64,000 bases of DNA, taken from assembly GCA_030390025.1 (NCBI GenBank), contig JASTWF010000035.1, positions 3,658,001 to 3,722,000 of the forward strand. Reading direction: 5' to 3'. The DNA comes from Squalus acanthias (lineage: Eukaryota). A program made the position numbers and the translations under genes. The notes beneath the pieces were generated by a model. That model searched no databases, was not told the origin of the DNA, and was given only the letters and a program-made list of their open reading frames with translations. The number at the start of each line of letters is the position of its first letter. The first letter of the stretch is position 1. Positions 25,951 to 39,242 of this stretch are shown one piece after another.

Positions 25951-28900
25951 ATGTTTTATAAATACATAAAGAGCAAGAGAATAACTAAGGTAAGAATAGG
26001 GCCTATTAGAGACCAAAAAGGTAACCTATGTGTGGAGGCGGAAGACGTGGGTATGGTTCTTAATGAATACTTTGCGTCTGTCTTCACAGAAGAGAGGGAC
26101 GATGCAGACATTGTAGTTGAGGAGGAGTGTGAAATATTAGATGGGATAAACATAGAGAGAGAGGAAATATTAAGAGGTTTAGCAACTTTGAAAGTAGATA
26201 AATCATTGGGCACGGATGATCTGTATCCCAGGCTGTTAAGGGAAGCAAGGGAGGAAATAGCAAAAAATAAAAATGACAACAGAGATGGTCATAGACATAG
26301 GTAGCAGTAGGGGAATCACAAATCAGAACGTGGCAGGAAGGGACAGAGTGTGTGGAGTAAAAGGTAAAGTGGTAAAAAGTGAAAAAGCAGGAACTAAGTG
26401 CCACAAAGCATATTTGAAAGTTCTCTATCTGAAAGCACGTAGCATTCGTAACAAAATAGACGAGTTAATGGCACAAATAACTACATATGGTTATGATATT
26501 GTGGCCATTACAGAAACATGGCTGCAGGGTGACAATGCCTGGGAATTAAACATACCAGGTTATTTAACGATCAGGAAGGACAGGCAGGAAGGAAGGGGAG
26601 GTGGGGTGGCTATGTTAATAAAGGAAGGAATCACTGTAATACAGAGTAATGATATTGGGTCGAAAAATCATGATAATGAAACAGTTTGGGTGGAGATAAG
26701 GAATAATAAGGGGAAAAAAACACTAGTGGGCGTAGTCTATAGGCCTCCGAACAGTTGCAACTCTGTTGGACGGAGTATCAATCAAGAAATAGTTGAGGCT
26801 TGTAATAAGGGAACATCTATAATTATGGGGGATTTTAACTATCGTATTAATTGGACAAATCAAATGGGGCAGGGCTGCCTTGAGGATGAGTTCATTGAGT
26901 GTATTAGGGATGGGTTTCTTGAGCAGTATGTAACTGAACCGACCAGGGGGCAAGCAACCTTAGATCTGGTCCTGTGTAACGAGACAGGATTAATTAAAAA
27001 TGTCCTAGTAAAGGATCCCCTTGGAATGAGTGACCATAACATGGTTGAATTCCATATTCAATTAGAGGGTGAGAAGGTTGGATCTCAAACAAGCGTGCTA
27101 AGCTTCAATAAAGGAGACTATGAAGGTATGCGAGCAGAATTGAGTAGAGTGGATTGGGAAAATAGATTAAAGGGTAAGACGACACATGATCAGTGGTGTA
27201 CATTCAAGGAGTTATTTTACAACTTCCAAAAAATATATATTCCACTGAAAAGAAAAGGGTGTAAAAGAAAGGACAGTCATCCGTGGCTAAGTAAAGAAAT
27301 TAAGGATAGTATTCGACTAAAAACAAGGGCATATAAGGTAGCGAAATCAAGTGGGAGGACAGAGGATTGGGAAAACTTTAAAAGGCAGCAAAAAATAACA
27401 AAAAGATTGATTAAGAAAGGGAAGATAGATTATGAAAGTAAATTAGCAAAAAATATAAAAACAGATAGTAAGAGTTTTTATAGTTATATAAAAAGAAAAA
27501 GGGTGGCTAAAGTAAATGTTGGTCCCTTAGAGGATGAGACCGGGAAATTAATGGTGGGAAATATGGAGATGGCAAAAACACTGAATGAATATTTTGTATC
27601 AGTCTTTACAGTAGAGGACACTAAGAATATCCCAACACTGGACAAACAGGGGGCTATAGGGGGAGAGGAGCTAAACACGATCAAAATCACTAAGGAAGTG
27701 GTACTCGGTAAAATAATGGGTCTCAAGGCGGATAAATCACCTGGACCTGATGGCTTACATCCTAGAGTCTTGAAGGAAGTGGCGGTAGGGATTGTAGATG
27801 CATTGGTAATAATTTTTCAAAACTCCCTGGATTCCGCTAAGGTCCCGGCAGACTGGAAAACTGCTAATGTAACACCCTTATTTAAAAAGGGCAGTAGACA
27901 GAAGGCTGGTAACTATAGACCGGTTAGCCTAACATCTGTGGTAGGTAAAATTTTGGAATCCATTATTAAGGAAACAGTAACAGGACATTTGGATAATCAT
28001 AATTTAATAGGACAAAGTCAGCATGGTTTTACGAAGGGGAAGTCATGTTTGACAAATTTGCTGGAGTTCTTTGAGGAAGTAACATATAGAGTGGATAAAG
28101 GGGAACCAGTAGACGTAGTGTATTTAGACTTCCAAAAGGCATTTGACAAGGTGCCACACAAAAGATTATTGCTTAAGGTAAAAAATCACGGGATTGGGGG
28201 TAATATTCTGGCATGGATAGAGGATTGGCTATCTAACAGAAAGCAAAGAGTTGGGATAAATGGTTCATTCTCAGACTGGCAATCAGTAACTAGTGGTGTT
28301 CCACAGGGGTCAGTGCTGGGTCCCCAACTCTTTACAATCTATATTAACGATTTGGAGGAAGGGACCAAGTGTAACATATCAAAATTTGCAGATGATACTA
28401 AGATGGGAGGGAAAGTAGTGAGTGAGGAGGACATAAAAAACCTGCAAGGGGACATAGACAGGCTAAGTAAGTGGGCAGAGATTTGGCAGATGGAATACAA
28501 CACTGAGGTGATGCACTTTGGCAGGAAAAATCCTAGAGCAATTTATTATCTTAATGGCAAGAAACTGGAGAGTACTGAAGTGCAAAGGGATCTGGGGGTC
28601 CTGGTGCACGAAACTCAAAAGGTTAGTATGCAGGTGCAGCAAGTGATTAAGAAGGCAAATGGAATGTTGGCTTTCATTGCTAGGGGGATAGAATATAAAA
28701 ATAGGGAGGTATTGCTTCAGTTGTACAAGGTATTGGTGAGACCGCACCTGGAATACTGCATACAGTTTTGGTGTCCTTACTTAAGGAAAGACATCCTTGC
28801 TCTCGAGGCAGTGCAAAAAAGGTTCACTCGGTTAATCCCGGGGATGAGGGGGTGGTCATATGAGGAGAGGTTGTGTAGATTGGGACTCTACTCATTGGAG

Positions 28901-30930
28901 TTCAGAAGAATGAGAGGCGATCTTATTGAAACATATAAGATTGTGAAGGGGTTGGATCGGGTGGATGCGGGGAGGAGGTTCCCGATGACGGGTGAGACTA
29001 GAACTAGGGGACATAGTCTTAGAATAAGGGGCTGCTCTTTCAAAACTGAGATGAGGAGGAACTACTTCACTCAGAGGGTGGTAGGTCCATGGAATATGCT
29101 GCCACAAAAAGCTGTAGAAGCTACATCATTAAATAAATTTAAAACAGAAATAGACAGTTTCCTAGAAGTAAAGGGCATTAAGGGTTACGGGGAGCGGGCA
29201 GGAATTTGGACATGAGTCTAGGTTCGGATCGGTCATGGCCCTGTGGGTAGTGGAGCGGGCCCAGGGACCGTGTAGCCTGATTCTGCTCCTGTTTCGTGTG
29301 TGCAATTCTGTTAGATGCAGGAGATGGTTCTGTGATAGTAGATAGTAGATTGGCGGTTAGGATCAGATCAGCCATGATCTTATTGAATGGCGGAGCAGGC
29401 TCGAGGGGCCGATTGGCCTACTCCTGCTCCTATTTCTTATGTTCTTATGTTCTCTGACCATCATTTTTCAATCCTCTCTGGCTACAGGCGTGGTGCCAGA
29501 GGACTGCAAACATTGTACTGTTGTTTTAAAAGGGAGAAAGGGATAGACCGAGTAATTAGAGTCCAGTCAGCCTAACCTTGGCCGTGGGAAAATTATCGGG
29601 AAAAATTCTGAGGGACAGTATAAATCATCATTTAGAAAGTCAGGGATTAATCAAGGACAGTCCGCATGGATTTGTTAAGGGAAGGTCATGTCTGACTAAC
29701 TTGATTGAATTTTTTGAGGAGGTAACGAGGAGGGTCGATGAGGGTAGTGCGATTGATGTAGTCTACATGGATATTAGCAAGGCCTTTCACAAGGTCCCAC
29801 ATGGCAGGTTGGTCAAAAAAGTAAAAGCCCATGGGATCTAATGGAAAGTGGCAAGCTGGATCCAAAATTGGCTCAGTGGCAGGAAGCAAAGGGTAATGGT
29901 CGACGGGTGTTTTTCTGACTGGAAGGCTGTTTCCAGTGGGGTTCCACAGACCTCATTCCCTTGCTTTTTGTGGAATATATCAATGATTTAGACTTCAATG
30001 TAGGGGGCATGATTAAGAAGTTTGCAGATGATACAAAAATTGGCCGTATGGCTGATAATGAGGAAGAAAGCTGTAGACTGCAGGAAGATATCAATGGACT
30101 GGTCAAGTGGGCAGAAAAGTGGCAAATGGAATTCAATCCGGAGAAATGCGAGGTAATGCATTTGGGGAGGGCAAATAAAGCAAGGGAATACACAATAAAT
30201 GGTAGGATACTGAGAAATGTAGAGGAACAAAGGGACCTTGGAGTGCATGTCCACAGATCCCTGAAGGCAGCAGGACAGGTAGATAAGCTGGTTAAGAAGG
30301 CATACGGGATACTTTCCTTTATTAGCCGAGGCATAGAATATAAGAGCAGGGAGGTTATGCTTGAACTGTATAAAAATCTAGTTAGGCCACAGCTAGAGTA
30401 CTGCGTGCCGTTCTGGTCACCACATTACAGGAAAGATGTCATTGCACCAGAGAGGGTACAGAGGAGATTTACGAGGATGTTGCCAGGACTGGAGAATTTT
30501 AGCTATGAGGAAAGATTGGATAGGCTGGGGTTGTTTTCTTTGGAACAGAGGATACTGAGGGGAGACTTAATTGAGGTGTATAAAATTATGAGGGGCCTCG
30601 ATAGAGTGGATAGGAAGCACCTATTTCCCTTAGCAGAGAGGTCAATAACCAGGGGGCATAGATTTAAAATAATTGGTAGAAGGATTAGAGGGGAGTTGAG
30701 GAGAACTTTTTTTCACCCAGAGGGGTCTGGAACTTACTGCCTGAAGGGGTGGTAGAGGCAGAAACCCTCATCACATTTAAAACCTACTTGGATATGCACT
30801 TGAGGTGCTGTAAACTGCAAGGCTACAAACCTTGAGCTGGAAAGTGGGATTAGGCTGGATAGCTCTTTTTTGTCTGGCGCAGACACAATGGGCTGAATGG
30901 CCTCCTTCTATGTCATAAATTTCTATGATT
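25951..30930 (+). mobile_element. CR1 (25951-26262, 29451-30930) hosting the intact-ORF2 copy
   Basis: EEIA / LTIIF reading continues across the insertion; ORFs 29578-29841 and 29961-30755. Confidence 0.85.
26273..29215 (+). CDS. CR1 ORF2, 980 aa, AP-endonuclease + reverse transcriptase (element ~26263-29450, 5'-truncated)
   Basis: Uninterrupted ORF with AITETW, GDFN, SDH, NYRPVSL, QGSVLGP and FADD. The true start is uncertain. Confidence 0.93.
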   Translation: MTTEMVIDIGSSRGITNQNVAGRDRVCGVKGKVVKSEKAGTKCHKAYLKVLYLKARSIRNKIDELMAQITTYGYDIVAITETWLQGDNAWELNIPGYLTIRKDRQEGRGGGVAMLIKEGITVIQSNDIGSKNHDNETVWVEIRNNKGKKTLVGVVYRPPNSCNSVGRSINQEIVEACNKGTSIIMGDFNYRINWTNQMGQGCLEDEFIECIRDGFLEQYVTEPTRGQATLDLVLCNETGLIKNVLVKDPLGMSDHNMVEFHIQLEGEKVGSQTSVLSFNKGDYEGMRAELSRVDWENRLKGKTTHDQWCTFKELFYNFQKIYIPLKRKGCKRKDSHPWLSKEIKDSIRLKTRAYKVAKSSGRTEDWENFKRQQKITKRLIKKGKIDYESKLAKNIKTDSKSFYSYIKRKRVAKVNVGPLEDETGKLMVGNMEMAKTLNEYFVSVFTVEDTKNIPTLDKQGAIGGEELNTIKITKEVVLGKIMGLKADKSPGPDGLHPRVLKEVAVGIVDALVIIFQNSLDSAKVPADWKTANVTPLFKKGSRQKAGNYRPVSLTSVVGKILESIIKETVTGHLDNHNLIGQSQHGFTKGKSCLTNLLEFFEEVTYRVDKGEPVDVVYLDFQKAFDKVPHKRLLLKVKNHGIGGNILAWIEDWLSNRKQRVGINGSFSDWQSVTSGVPQGSVLGPQLFTIYINDLEEGTKCNISKFADDTKMGGKVVSEEDIKNLQGDIDRLSKWAEIWQMEYNTEVMHFGRKNPRAIYYLNGKKLESTEVQRDLGVLVHETQKVSMQVQQVIKKANGMLAFIARGIEYKNREVLLQLYKVLVRPHLEYCIQFWCPYLRKDILALEAVQKRFTRLIPGMRGWSYEERLCRLGLYSLEFRRMRGDLIETYKIVKGLDRVDAGRRFPMTGETRTRGHSLRIRGCSFKTEMRRNYFTQRVVGPWNMLPQKAVEATSLNKFKTEIDSFLEVKGIKGYGERAGIWT

Positions 30931-30974
30931 CTAGGTGGTAGAGGTCGCGTGTTTGGGAGGTGCTGTAGAAGAAA

Positions 30975-32415
30975 TGTTGAAGGATGTAGGCCATCAGGTT
31001 CAGGGGATTTGTCAGCTTTTAGTCCCATTAATTTCTCCAGTACTTTTTCTTTACTCTCATTAGACCCTTGGTTCACCACTATTTCTGGTATGTTTTTTGT
31101 GTCTTCTACTGTGAAGACAGACACAAAATATTTGTTTAACATCTCTACCATTTCCTCATTCCACATTATAATTTCTCCTGCATTTAAGGGACCCACGTTT
31201 ACTTTCGCTAATCTCTTCCTTTTTACATACTTGTAAAAGCCTTTACAATCTGTTTTTATATTTCTTGCTAGTTTACTCTTATATTCTATTTTCTGCTTCT
31301 TTATCAATTTCTTGGTCATCCTTTGCTGATTTTTAAAACCCTTCCAATCCTCAGGCTTACTACTCTTTTTTTGTAGTAAGCCTTGTAGTAAACATTGTAA
31401 GCCTCTTTTAATCTAATACTATCCTAACTTCTCTAGTTAGCCATGGTTGTACCGCTTTTCCAGTAGAGTTTTCATTCCTCAAGGGAATGTATATTTGTTG
31501 AGAATTATGAATTTTTTATTTAAATGTTTGGCATTGCTTATCTGCCGCCATATATTTTTATCTAATTTCCCAATCTACCTTAGCCAACTCGTCCCTCATA
31601 CCTCCGTAATTGATTTTGTTTAAATTTAAGACCCTAGTTTCCGACTTAACCACATCACTCTCAAACTTAATATGAAATTTTATCATATTATGATCACTCT
31701 TCCCCAGAGGATCAAGAACAACTTAGATTTGTTATATTTGGATCCTTTACTATAAGATTACTAGTTAACCCTGTCTCATTATACAATACCAGAAGCCTGT
31801 TTCCTAGTTGGTTCCTCGACATATTGTTCCAGAAAACTGTCTCATAACATAAGGAATAGGAGCAGGAATAGGCCACTTGGCCCCTCGAGCCCGCTCCACC
31901 ATTCAATAAGTTCATGGCTGATCTTGGGCTCAAAGTCACTTTCCCGCCCGCTCCCCATAACCCTTCCTGAGATGAGGGGGTTGACCGATGAAGAAAGGTT
32001 GAGCAGGTTGGGCCCATACTCATTGGAATTTAGAAGAATGAACGGTGATCTTATTGAAACATATAAGATACTGAGGGGGCTCAACAAGGTAGATGCAGAG
32101 AGGATGTTTTCCCTCATGGGGAAATCTAGAACTTGGGGGCATAGCAGAATAAATTGTCGCCCTTTTAGAACTGAGATGAGGAGGAATTTCTTCTCCCAGA
32201 GGGTCATAAATCTGTGGAATTCTCTGCCCCAGAGAGCCGTGGGGGCTGGGTCATTAAATACATTTAAGGTGGAGATAGACAGATTTTTACAAGATAAGGG
32301 AGTGAAGGGTTATGGGGAGCATGCAGGGAAGTGGATTTGAGCCATGATCTTATTGAATGGTGGAGCAGGCTCGAGGGGCCAAGTGGCCTATTCCTGCTCC
32401 TATTTCTTATGTTCT
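30975..32415. mobile_element. CR1 fragments: 30975-31840 (-), tail 31843-31962 (-), 31963-32415 (+)
   Basis: ORFs 30777-31319 and 31924-32340; 3' UTR motifs. Confidence 0.8.
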
Positions 32416-32419
32416 TCTT

Positions 32420-35046
32420 ATGTTGTGTAGAATCCATTCGGTTAGAGTTGAGGACCAAAAAGGGTATGATCACACTATTGGGGGTATTCTATAGACCTCC
32501 AAATAGTGAGAGGGAGGTAGAGGAGCAAATCTGCAGGGAAATCGCAGAGATATGCAAGAGCTATAGAGTGGTGATATTGGGGGACTTTAATTACCCAAAT
32601 ATCGATTGGGATAATGCTCGGGTAAAGGGAAAGGAGGGGGAGGAATTTGTGAAATGTGTTCAGGAGAATTTCCTTGACCAATATGTTCTTGGTCCAACAT
32701 AGGAAGGAGGCATTGCTGGATCTGGTGCTGTGGAATGAGTTGGGCCAGGTTGACCAAGTGTCTCTGGGAGAACACTTGGGTACGAGTGATCATCGTATCA
32801 TAAGATTTAGATTAGCAATGGAGGAGTAAGGAACAATCTAGAGTGGAACTTCTAAACTGGAATAGGGCTAACTTCAATGGGATGCGAAAGGATCTAGCCA
32901 GGGTCAAATGGAACCAAAGACTGACAGGAAAAACTGTAACGGAATAATGGGTGATCTTTAAGGGGGAGATGTTCCAAGTACAGGCTAGGTACATTCCAAC
33001 AAGAGGGAAGTGTAAGGGAACCAAAGCAAGGGCTCCTTGGATGACGAGGGAGATAGAGAAGATGATGAAACAAAAAAAGAGGGTGTATGATGCATGTCAG
33101 GTAAATTCTTCAAGGGAGAACCAGACCAAATACAATAAGTTGAGAGGGGATGTGAAGATGAAAATAAGATTGGCAAAGAGAGAATATAAGAGTAGAATGG
33201 CGGTTAACATAAAAGGGAACCCAAATATCTTCTACTGGCATGTAAACAGTAAGCGGGTAGTAAGAGGTGGGCTGGGTCTATTAGAGACAAAGAAGGTGAT
33301 GTATGCTTAGAGGCGCAGTGCAAGGCTAGAATACTCGATGAGTACTTTGTATCGGTGTTTACTAAGGAGATGGATGCTGACAAAATATCAGTAGAAGTGG
33401 AAAAGGTAGAACCAATAGAAGGGGTGAAAATTGATGAGACAGGATGTTCCTGAAAGGCTGGGTGTGCTTAGAGTGGACAAGTCACCTGGTCCAGATGGCT
33501 TGCAATCCAGGTTGCTAAGGGAATTGGGGGAGGAGATAGCAGAAGGGCTTGCCATAATTTTCTAATCTTCCCTAGATGCGGGGGAGGTGCCTGAGGATTG
33601 GAAAGTGGCAAATGTGACACCATTGTTCAAGAAAGGGTGTAAGGACAATCCTAGTAACTACAGGCCAGTCAGTTGAACATCAGTGGTTGGTAAAGTTTTA
33701 GAAACAATAATCTAGGAAAAAATTAATGGGCACTTGGAGAGGTTTAAGCTAATTAAGGAGAGCCAACACGGATTTGCAAAAGGCAGATCCTGTTTGATTA
33801 ATCTAATTGAATTTTTTGATGAAGTAACAGAGAGGATTGATGAAGGGAATGCAGTGGATGTTGTCAACATGGATTTTCGGAAGGCGTTTGACAAAGTGCC
33901 ACATAGAAGGCTGGTTAACAAAATTGAGGCTCATGGAATAGGTGGGTCAGTGGCAGCTTGGATAAGGAATTGGCTTCAGGACAGAAAACAGCGAGTTGTG
34001 GTAAATGGCTGTTTTTCAGACTGTAGGATGGTAGACAGTGGTGTTCCCCAAGGGTCAGTGCTGGGGCCACTGCTTTTTTTCATATATATAAATTACCTGG
34101 ATATTGTAATACAGAGTAGAATTTCTAAACTTGCCGATGACACCAAACTTGGGGGTGTGGCAAACAGTGATGATGATAACAATCGACTGCAACAGGACAT
34201 AGAAAGACTAGCAGAATGGGCAGACAAGTGGCAGATGGAATTTAATGCAGAGAAATGTGAGGTGATGCATTTTGGCAGAAGAAACAGGGAGAGGCAATAT
34301 ACACTTAATGGCACAGTTTTAAAGAGTGTGCAGGGACAGTGGGACCTGGGAGTTAATGTGCATAGGTCCCTGAAAGTGGCAGGACATATTGAGAGAGTGG
34401 TTAACAAAGCATGTGGGATCTTGGGCTTCATAGATAGAGGTATTGAGTACAAAAGTAGAGAAGTTATGCTGAACCTTTATAAAGCGCTGGTTAGGCCACA
34501 ACTGGAGTATTGCGTCCAGTTCTGGTCACCACACTTTAGGAAGGATGTGAAGGCACTTGAGAGGGTGCAGAGGAGATTTACCAGAATGGTTCCGGGGATG
34601 GGGGATGTTAGCTACAAGGACAGGTTGGAGAAGCTGGATTAGTTTTCAATAGAGCACAGGAGGTTGTAGGGTGATTTGATAGAGGTGTACAAGTATATGA
34701 CTGGTTTGGATAGGCTAGATGGGGAAAGGCTGTTCCCACTAGTTGATGGTACAAGGACTAGGAGACACAGATTTAAGGTTTTGGGCAAGAGATACAGGGG
34801 GGATGTGAGTAAAAACTTTTTTACGCAGTGAGTGATGATGACCTGGAATTCGCTGCCGACGGAAGTAGTGGAAGTGGACACACTGAATGTTTTCAAGGGG
34901 AGACTGGATAGGCACTTGAAGGAAATAAACTTGCAGGGCCACGGGGTTAGAGTGGGGGAATCGGACTGACTGAATTGCTCTGCAGAGAGCCGGCACGGAC
35001 TCGATGGGCAGAATGGCCTCCTTCTGTGCTGTTATGACTCTATGAC
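32420..35046 (+). mobile_element. CR1 ORF2 from mid-endonuclease to 3' tail, disrupted
   Basis: ORFs 32331-32702, 32951-33310 and 33734-34642. Confidence 0.92.
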
Positions 35047-35359
35047 ATTTAAACCGGGCTGGGACCAGTGTCCTGCCGAATCGAATAACTAGGGTGGTAG
35101 ATAGGGCTTTAAGCTAATAAGGGGGACAGAGAATTCAGGTAAGGGTAAATCTATAAGTCTGAAGAGGAAAGTCAAGTTTGTAGAGCAGAGTAGCGATTCG
35201 AGTAAAGTCCAGCAGATTGTGTCAAGAAGGGACAGAGGTTTAACAACGGTAATAGGGCATTAGCGACTCAGGCCACATCAGGAAAAATTAATAATCATTA
35301 AAATTTAAAGCGCTATATCTGAATGCACAAAGCATTCTTAACAAGATAGATGAATTAAT

Positions 35360-36102
35360 GGCCCAGAAATTGATCTCGCTCTGTTCCCGCGGGGGTAAGC
35401 CTTTCCCGCGATGTCTCACCTCGCTTATGCTTTTTCTGATCCAGCTCGCACGAAATTGATGTTCCAGACATCAGCTGTGCTGGGCTTGCGTATCCCAGCG
35501 GCGTAGTTAATTCGTGCGAGCTGTGGGATCACGTGACTCAGTTAGAGCCAATGGCAGCACACCATCTTCCATTCATAAGTCTCACAGCATGGCTGAGAGA
35601 CTTATGAATCTTACACCCCCCCAAAATAACAGCTAAACCTCAATTAAATTTAAAAAAAAACCATCACATTAATAAAATAAGTATAGTTAATTAAATTAAC
35701 CATTTTAAATAAAAAATTAAATTTTTGAAAAAATTTAAAATCTTTTAAAAAGTTATAAAAATAAACTTACCTGTCTTTAAAGTCTATAAAAAAGATATAC
35801 CTGTAAAAAAAAATTCAAAAAAATACTTAATTCACTACTTACCTTCTTAAAAGCGGGTCTTACTCCTCCTTTTTACATTTCCAAAATCTTCAGTACTTAC
35901 CTGCGCGTCCAAAGCATGAAGTGCACAGCGTGCGCGCAGCCTGTAGCGCGCACGCGATGCACTCCGGCCCCGCCCCCTTTTCGGAAGAGCAATTGCCGGT
36001 TTTCAGCGCATGCGCAGGGCATGCAGAAAACCGGCAATTGGAGTGGGAATACGCGAGAGTATGCAGTGCGTACTCTCGCGTCCCGGGATCAATTTTCGGC
36101 CC
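35360..36102 (-). mobile_element. PIF/Harbinger-type MITE (743 bp)
   Basis: Ends GGCCCAGAAATTGATC / GATCAATTTTCGGCCC, flanked by AAT and ATT; reverse complement of 55433-56173. Confidence 0.85.
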
Positions 36103-36506
36103 ATTGGCACATATAGACTTGGTGCGAGTTAGGACATGGTCAGCAGAGTTTTGGATGACCTCAATTTACGGGTAGAACGTGGAAGGCCAGCCAGGAGTGC
36201 ATTGGAATAGTCAAGTCTAGAGGTAATCGAGGCATGGATGAGGGTTTCAGCAGCAAATGAGCTGATGAGATCAACCCCAGTTTCTCCAGTCACTCCACAT
36301 AACTGAAGTCCCATATCCCTGGTCCCATTGTAGTAAATTTTAGAAACAATAATCTGGGATAAAATTAACAGCCACTTGGACAAGCATGGACTAATAAAGG
36401 AGAACCAGCACAGATTTGTTAAGGACAAATCATGTTTGACTAACTTGATTGAGTTTTTTGATGAGGTAACAGAGCGGGTGAATGAGGGCAGTGCAGTTGA
36501 TGTATA

Positions 36507-36604
36507 GTTCTGACGAAAGGTCTTCGACCTGAAACGTTAACTCTGTTTCTCTCTCCACGGATGCTGCCTGGCCTGCTGAGTTTTTCCAGCGTTTTCTGTT
36601 ATTT
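36507..36604 (+). mobile_element. 98-bp Penelope terminal fragment with a minimal hammerhead motif
   Basis: 13-bp TSD cagttgatgtata; AGTT-CTGACGA-A-AGGTC-TTC-GACCT-GAAA-CGTT-AACT. Confidence 0.82.
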
Positions 36605-37315
36605 CAGTTGATGTATACGTGGACTTTCAAAAGACATTTGATAAAGGACCACATACTCGGCTTGTTAGCAAAATTGAAGCCTGCGAGATAAAAGGGGCAA
36701 TAGCAGCATGGATACAAAATTGGCTACAGGGTAGAAAACAGAGTTGTGGTGAATGGCTGTTTTTCAGACTGGAGGGAGGCATACAGTGGCGTTTCCCAAG
36801 GTTCAGCACTACATTAATGACTTGGACTTGCGGGTACAGGGCACAATTTTGAAATTTGCAGGTAACACGAAACTTGGAAGTGTAGTAAACTGTGAGGAAG
36901 GTAGTAATGGACTTCAAGAAGACATAGACAGGCTGGTGGAATGGGAAGACACATGGCAGATGAAATTCAAAGTAGAGAAGTGTGAGGTGATACATTTTGG
37001 TAGGAAAGAATGAGAGGAGACAATACATACTAAATGATACAATTTTATAGGGGGTGCAAGAACAGAGAGACCTGGGGGTGTTTGTGCACAAATCTTTGAA
37101 GGTGGCAGAACAGGTTAACAAAGCAGTTAATAAAGCAAATGGGATCCTGGGCTTTGTAAATAGAGACGTAGAGTACAAAAGCCTGGAAGTCTTGCTAAAC
37201 CTGTATAAAATATTAGTTCGGCCCCAGCTGGAGTATTGTGCCCAATTCTGGGCACCGCACTTCAGGAAGAACGTGAAGGCTTTGGAGAGGGTACAGAAGA
37301 GATTTACTAGAATGC

Positions 37316-39005
37316 TGGGATATCGGGAAAAATAGGGACATTGGCAAAGGAGGAACTGACGCAAGTCAATATCTCTAAGGATATGGTGTTAAGGAAGCTA
37401 AAGGGATTGAAGGCGGACAAATCCCCAGGGCCTGATAACATGCATCCTAGGGTACTGAAGGAGGTGGCCCTAGAGATAGCGGATGCACTAAGTATGATTT
37501 TTCAGAATTCATTAGACTCGGGAACAGTGCCCATGGATTGGAGGGTAGCTAACGTTACCCCACTATTCAAAAAGGGGGGTAGGGAAAAAGCAGGTAATTA
37601 CAGACCTGTAAGCCTTACATCAGTTGTGGGCAAAATGCTGGAGTCCATCATTAAGGATGAAATAGCGGAGCACTTAGCAAATGGGGACAGGATAGGACAG
37701 AGTCAACATGGATTTACAAAGGGTAAATCGTGCTTGACTAATCTATTGGAATTTTTTGAGGGAGTAACTGGTAAAATAGATGGGGGAGAGCCAGTAGATG
37801 TGGTGTACCTGGACTTCCAAAAGGCCTTCGATAAGGTCCCACATAAAAGATTAGCAGGGAAAATTGAAGCTCATGGGATAAAGGGGAAAGTATTGACGTG
37901 GATAGAGAACTGGCTGTCAGATAGAAAACAGAGAGTTGGAATAAACGGCTCATTTTCTGAATGGCAGGCAGTAACAAGTGGGGTACCACAGGGATCTGTC
38001 CTGGGTCCCCAGCTGTTCACAATTTACATTAATGACCTGGATCAGGGAGTCGGATGCAGCATTTCCAAATTTGCAGACGACACCAAACTAGGAGGGGGGG
38101 TGGGCTCAGAGGAGGAGACCAGGAAGCTCCAGAGCGATTTGGACAGACTGGGTGATTGGGCGGATAAATGGCAGATGCACTATAATGTGGGCAAGTGCGA
38201 AGTTATCCACCTTGGGTGCAGGAACGGGAGGGCAAATTATTATTTAAATGGCAATAAATTGGGAGAGGGGGAAGTACAGAGAGACCTGGGTGTTCTTGTA
38301 CACCAGTCACTGAAGGCGAGCATGCAGGTGCAACAGGCGGTCAAGAAGGCAAACGGTATGCTGGCCTTCATAGCAAAAGGGTTGGAATACAGGAACAGGG
38401 ATACCTTGCTGCAGCTGTACAGGGCACTGGTGAGACCACACCTCGAGTACTGTGTACAGTTTTGGTCGCCTCATCTGAGGAAAGATGTTCTTGCCATGGA
38501 GGGGGTGCAGCGGCGATTCACCAGGCTGATACCAGGAATGGCGGGATTGACCTATGAGGAGAGACTATGTAGTTTAGGGATGTACACACTGGAGTTTAGA
38601 AGATTGAGAGGGGACCTCATAGAAGTGTATAAAATTCTGACAGGTCTAGACAGACTAGATGCAGAAGGAATGTTTCCCTTGGCGGGTGAGAACAGAACTA
38701 GAGGACATAATTTAAGGATAAGGGCTAAACCATTTAGGACAGAAATGAGGGGGAATTTCTTCACTCAGAGGGTGGTGAACCTGTGGAACTCATTGCCACA
38801 GAGGGCAGTGTACGCCAGCTCATTAAATATATTTAAGAGGGAATTAGATATATTTCTACAGGCAAAAGGGGTTAAGGGTTACGGAGAGAAGGCGGGGACG
38901 GGATACTGAATTGGAGGATCAGCCATGATCTCATTAAATGGCGGAGCAGGCTCGAAGGGCCGGATGGCCTACTCCTGCTCCTATCTTCTATGTATCTATG
39001 TATGT
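37316..39005 (+). mobile_element. Young CR1, 5'-truncated, open RT ORF (37341-38909)
   Basis: 522-aa ORF and (TATGTATC)n tail. Confidence 0.95.
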
Positions 39006-39242
39006 ATAAGGGATTACAGTTATGTGGATAGACTAGAGAAGCTGGGGTTGTTCTCCTTGGAGCAGAGAAGGCTAAGAGGAGATTTTATACAGGTGTTTAA
39101 AATCATGAAGGGTTTAGATAGAGTAAATAAACAGAAACTGTTTCTAGTGGCTGAAGGGTCGATAACTAGAGAGCACAGATTTAAGGTGATTGGCAAAAGA
39201 ACGAGAGGCAACATGATAGGGTGGTGGATACAGATTCAATAG

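Larger units (their letters stand above)
36331..39242 (+). mobile_element. Older CR1 (36331-37315, 39006-39242) hosting a young CR1 and a Penelope fragment
   Basis: ORFs 36619-36852, 36753-37013, 37054-37335 and 38925-39242. Confidence 0.8.
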
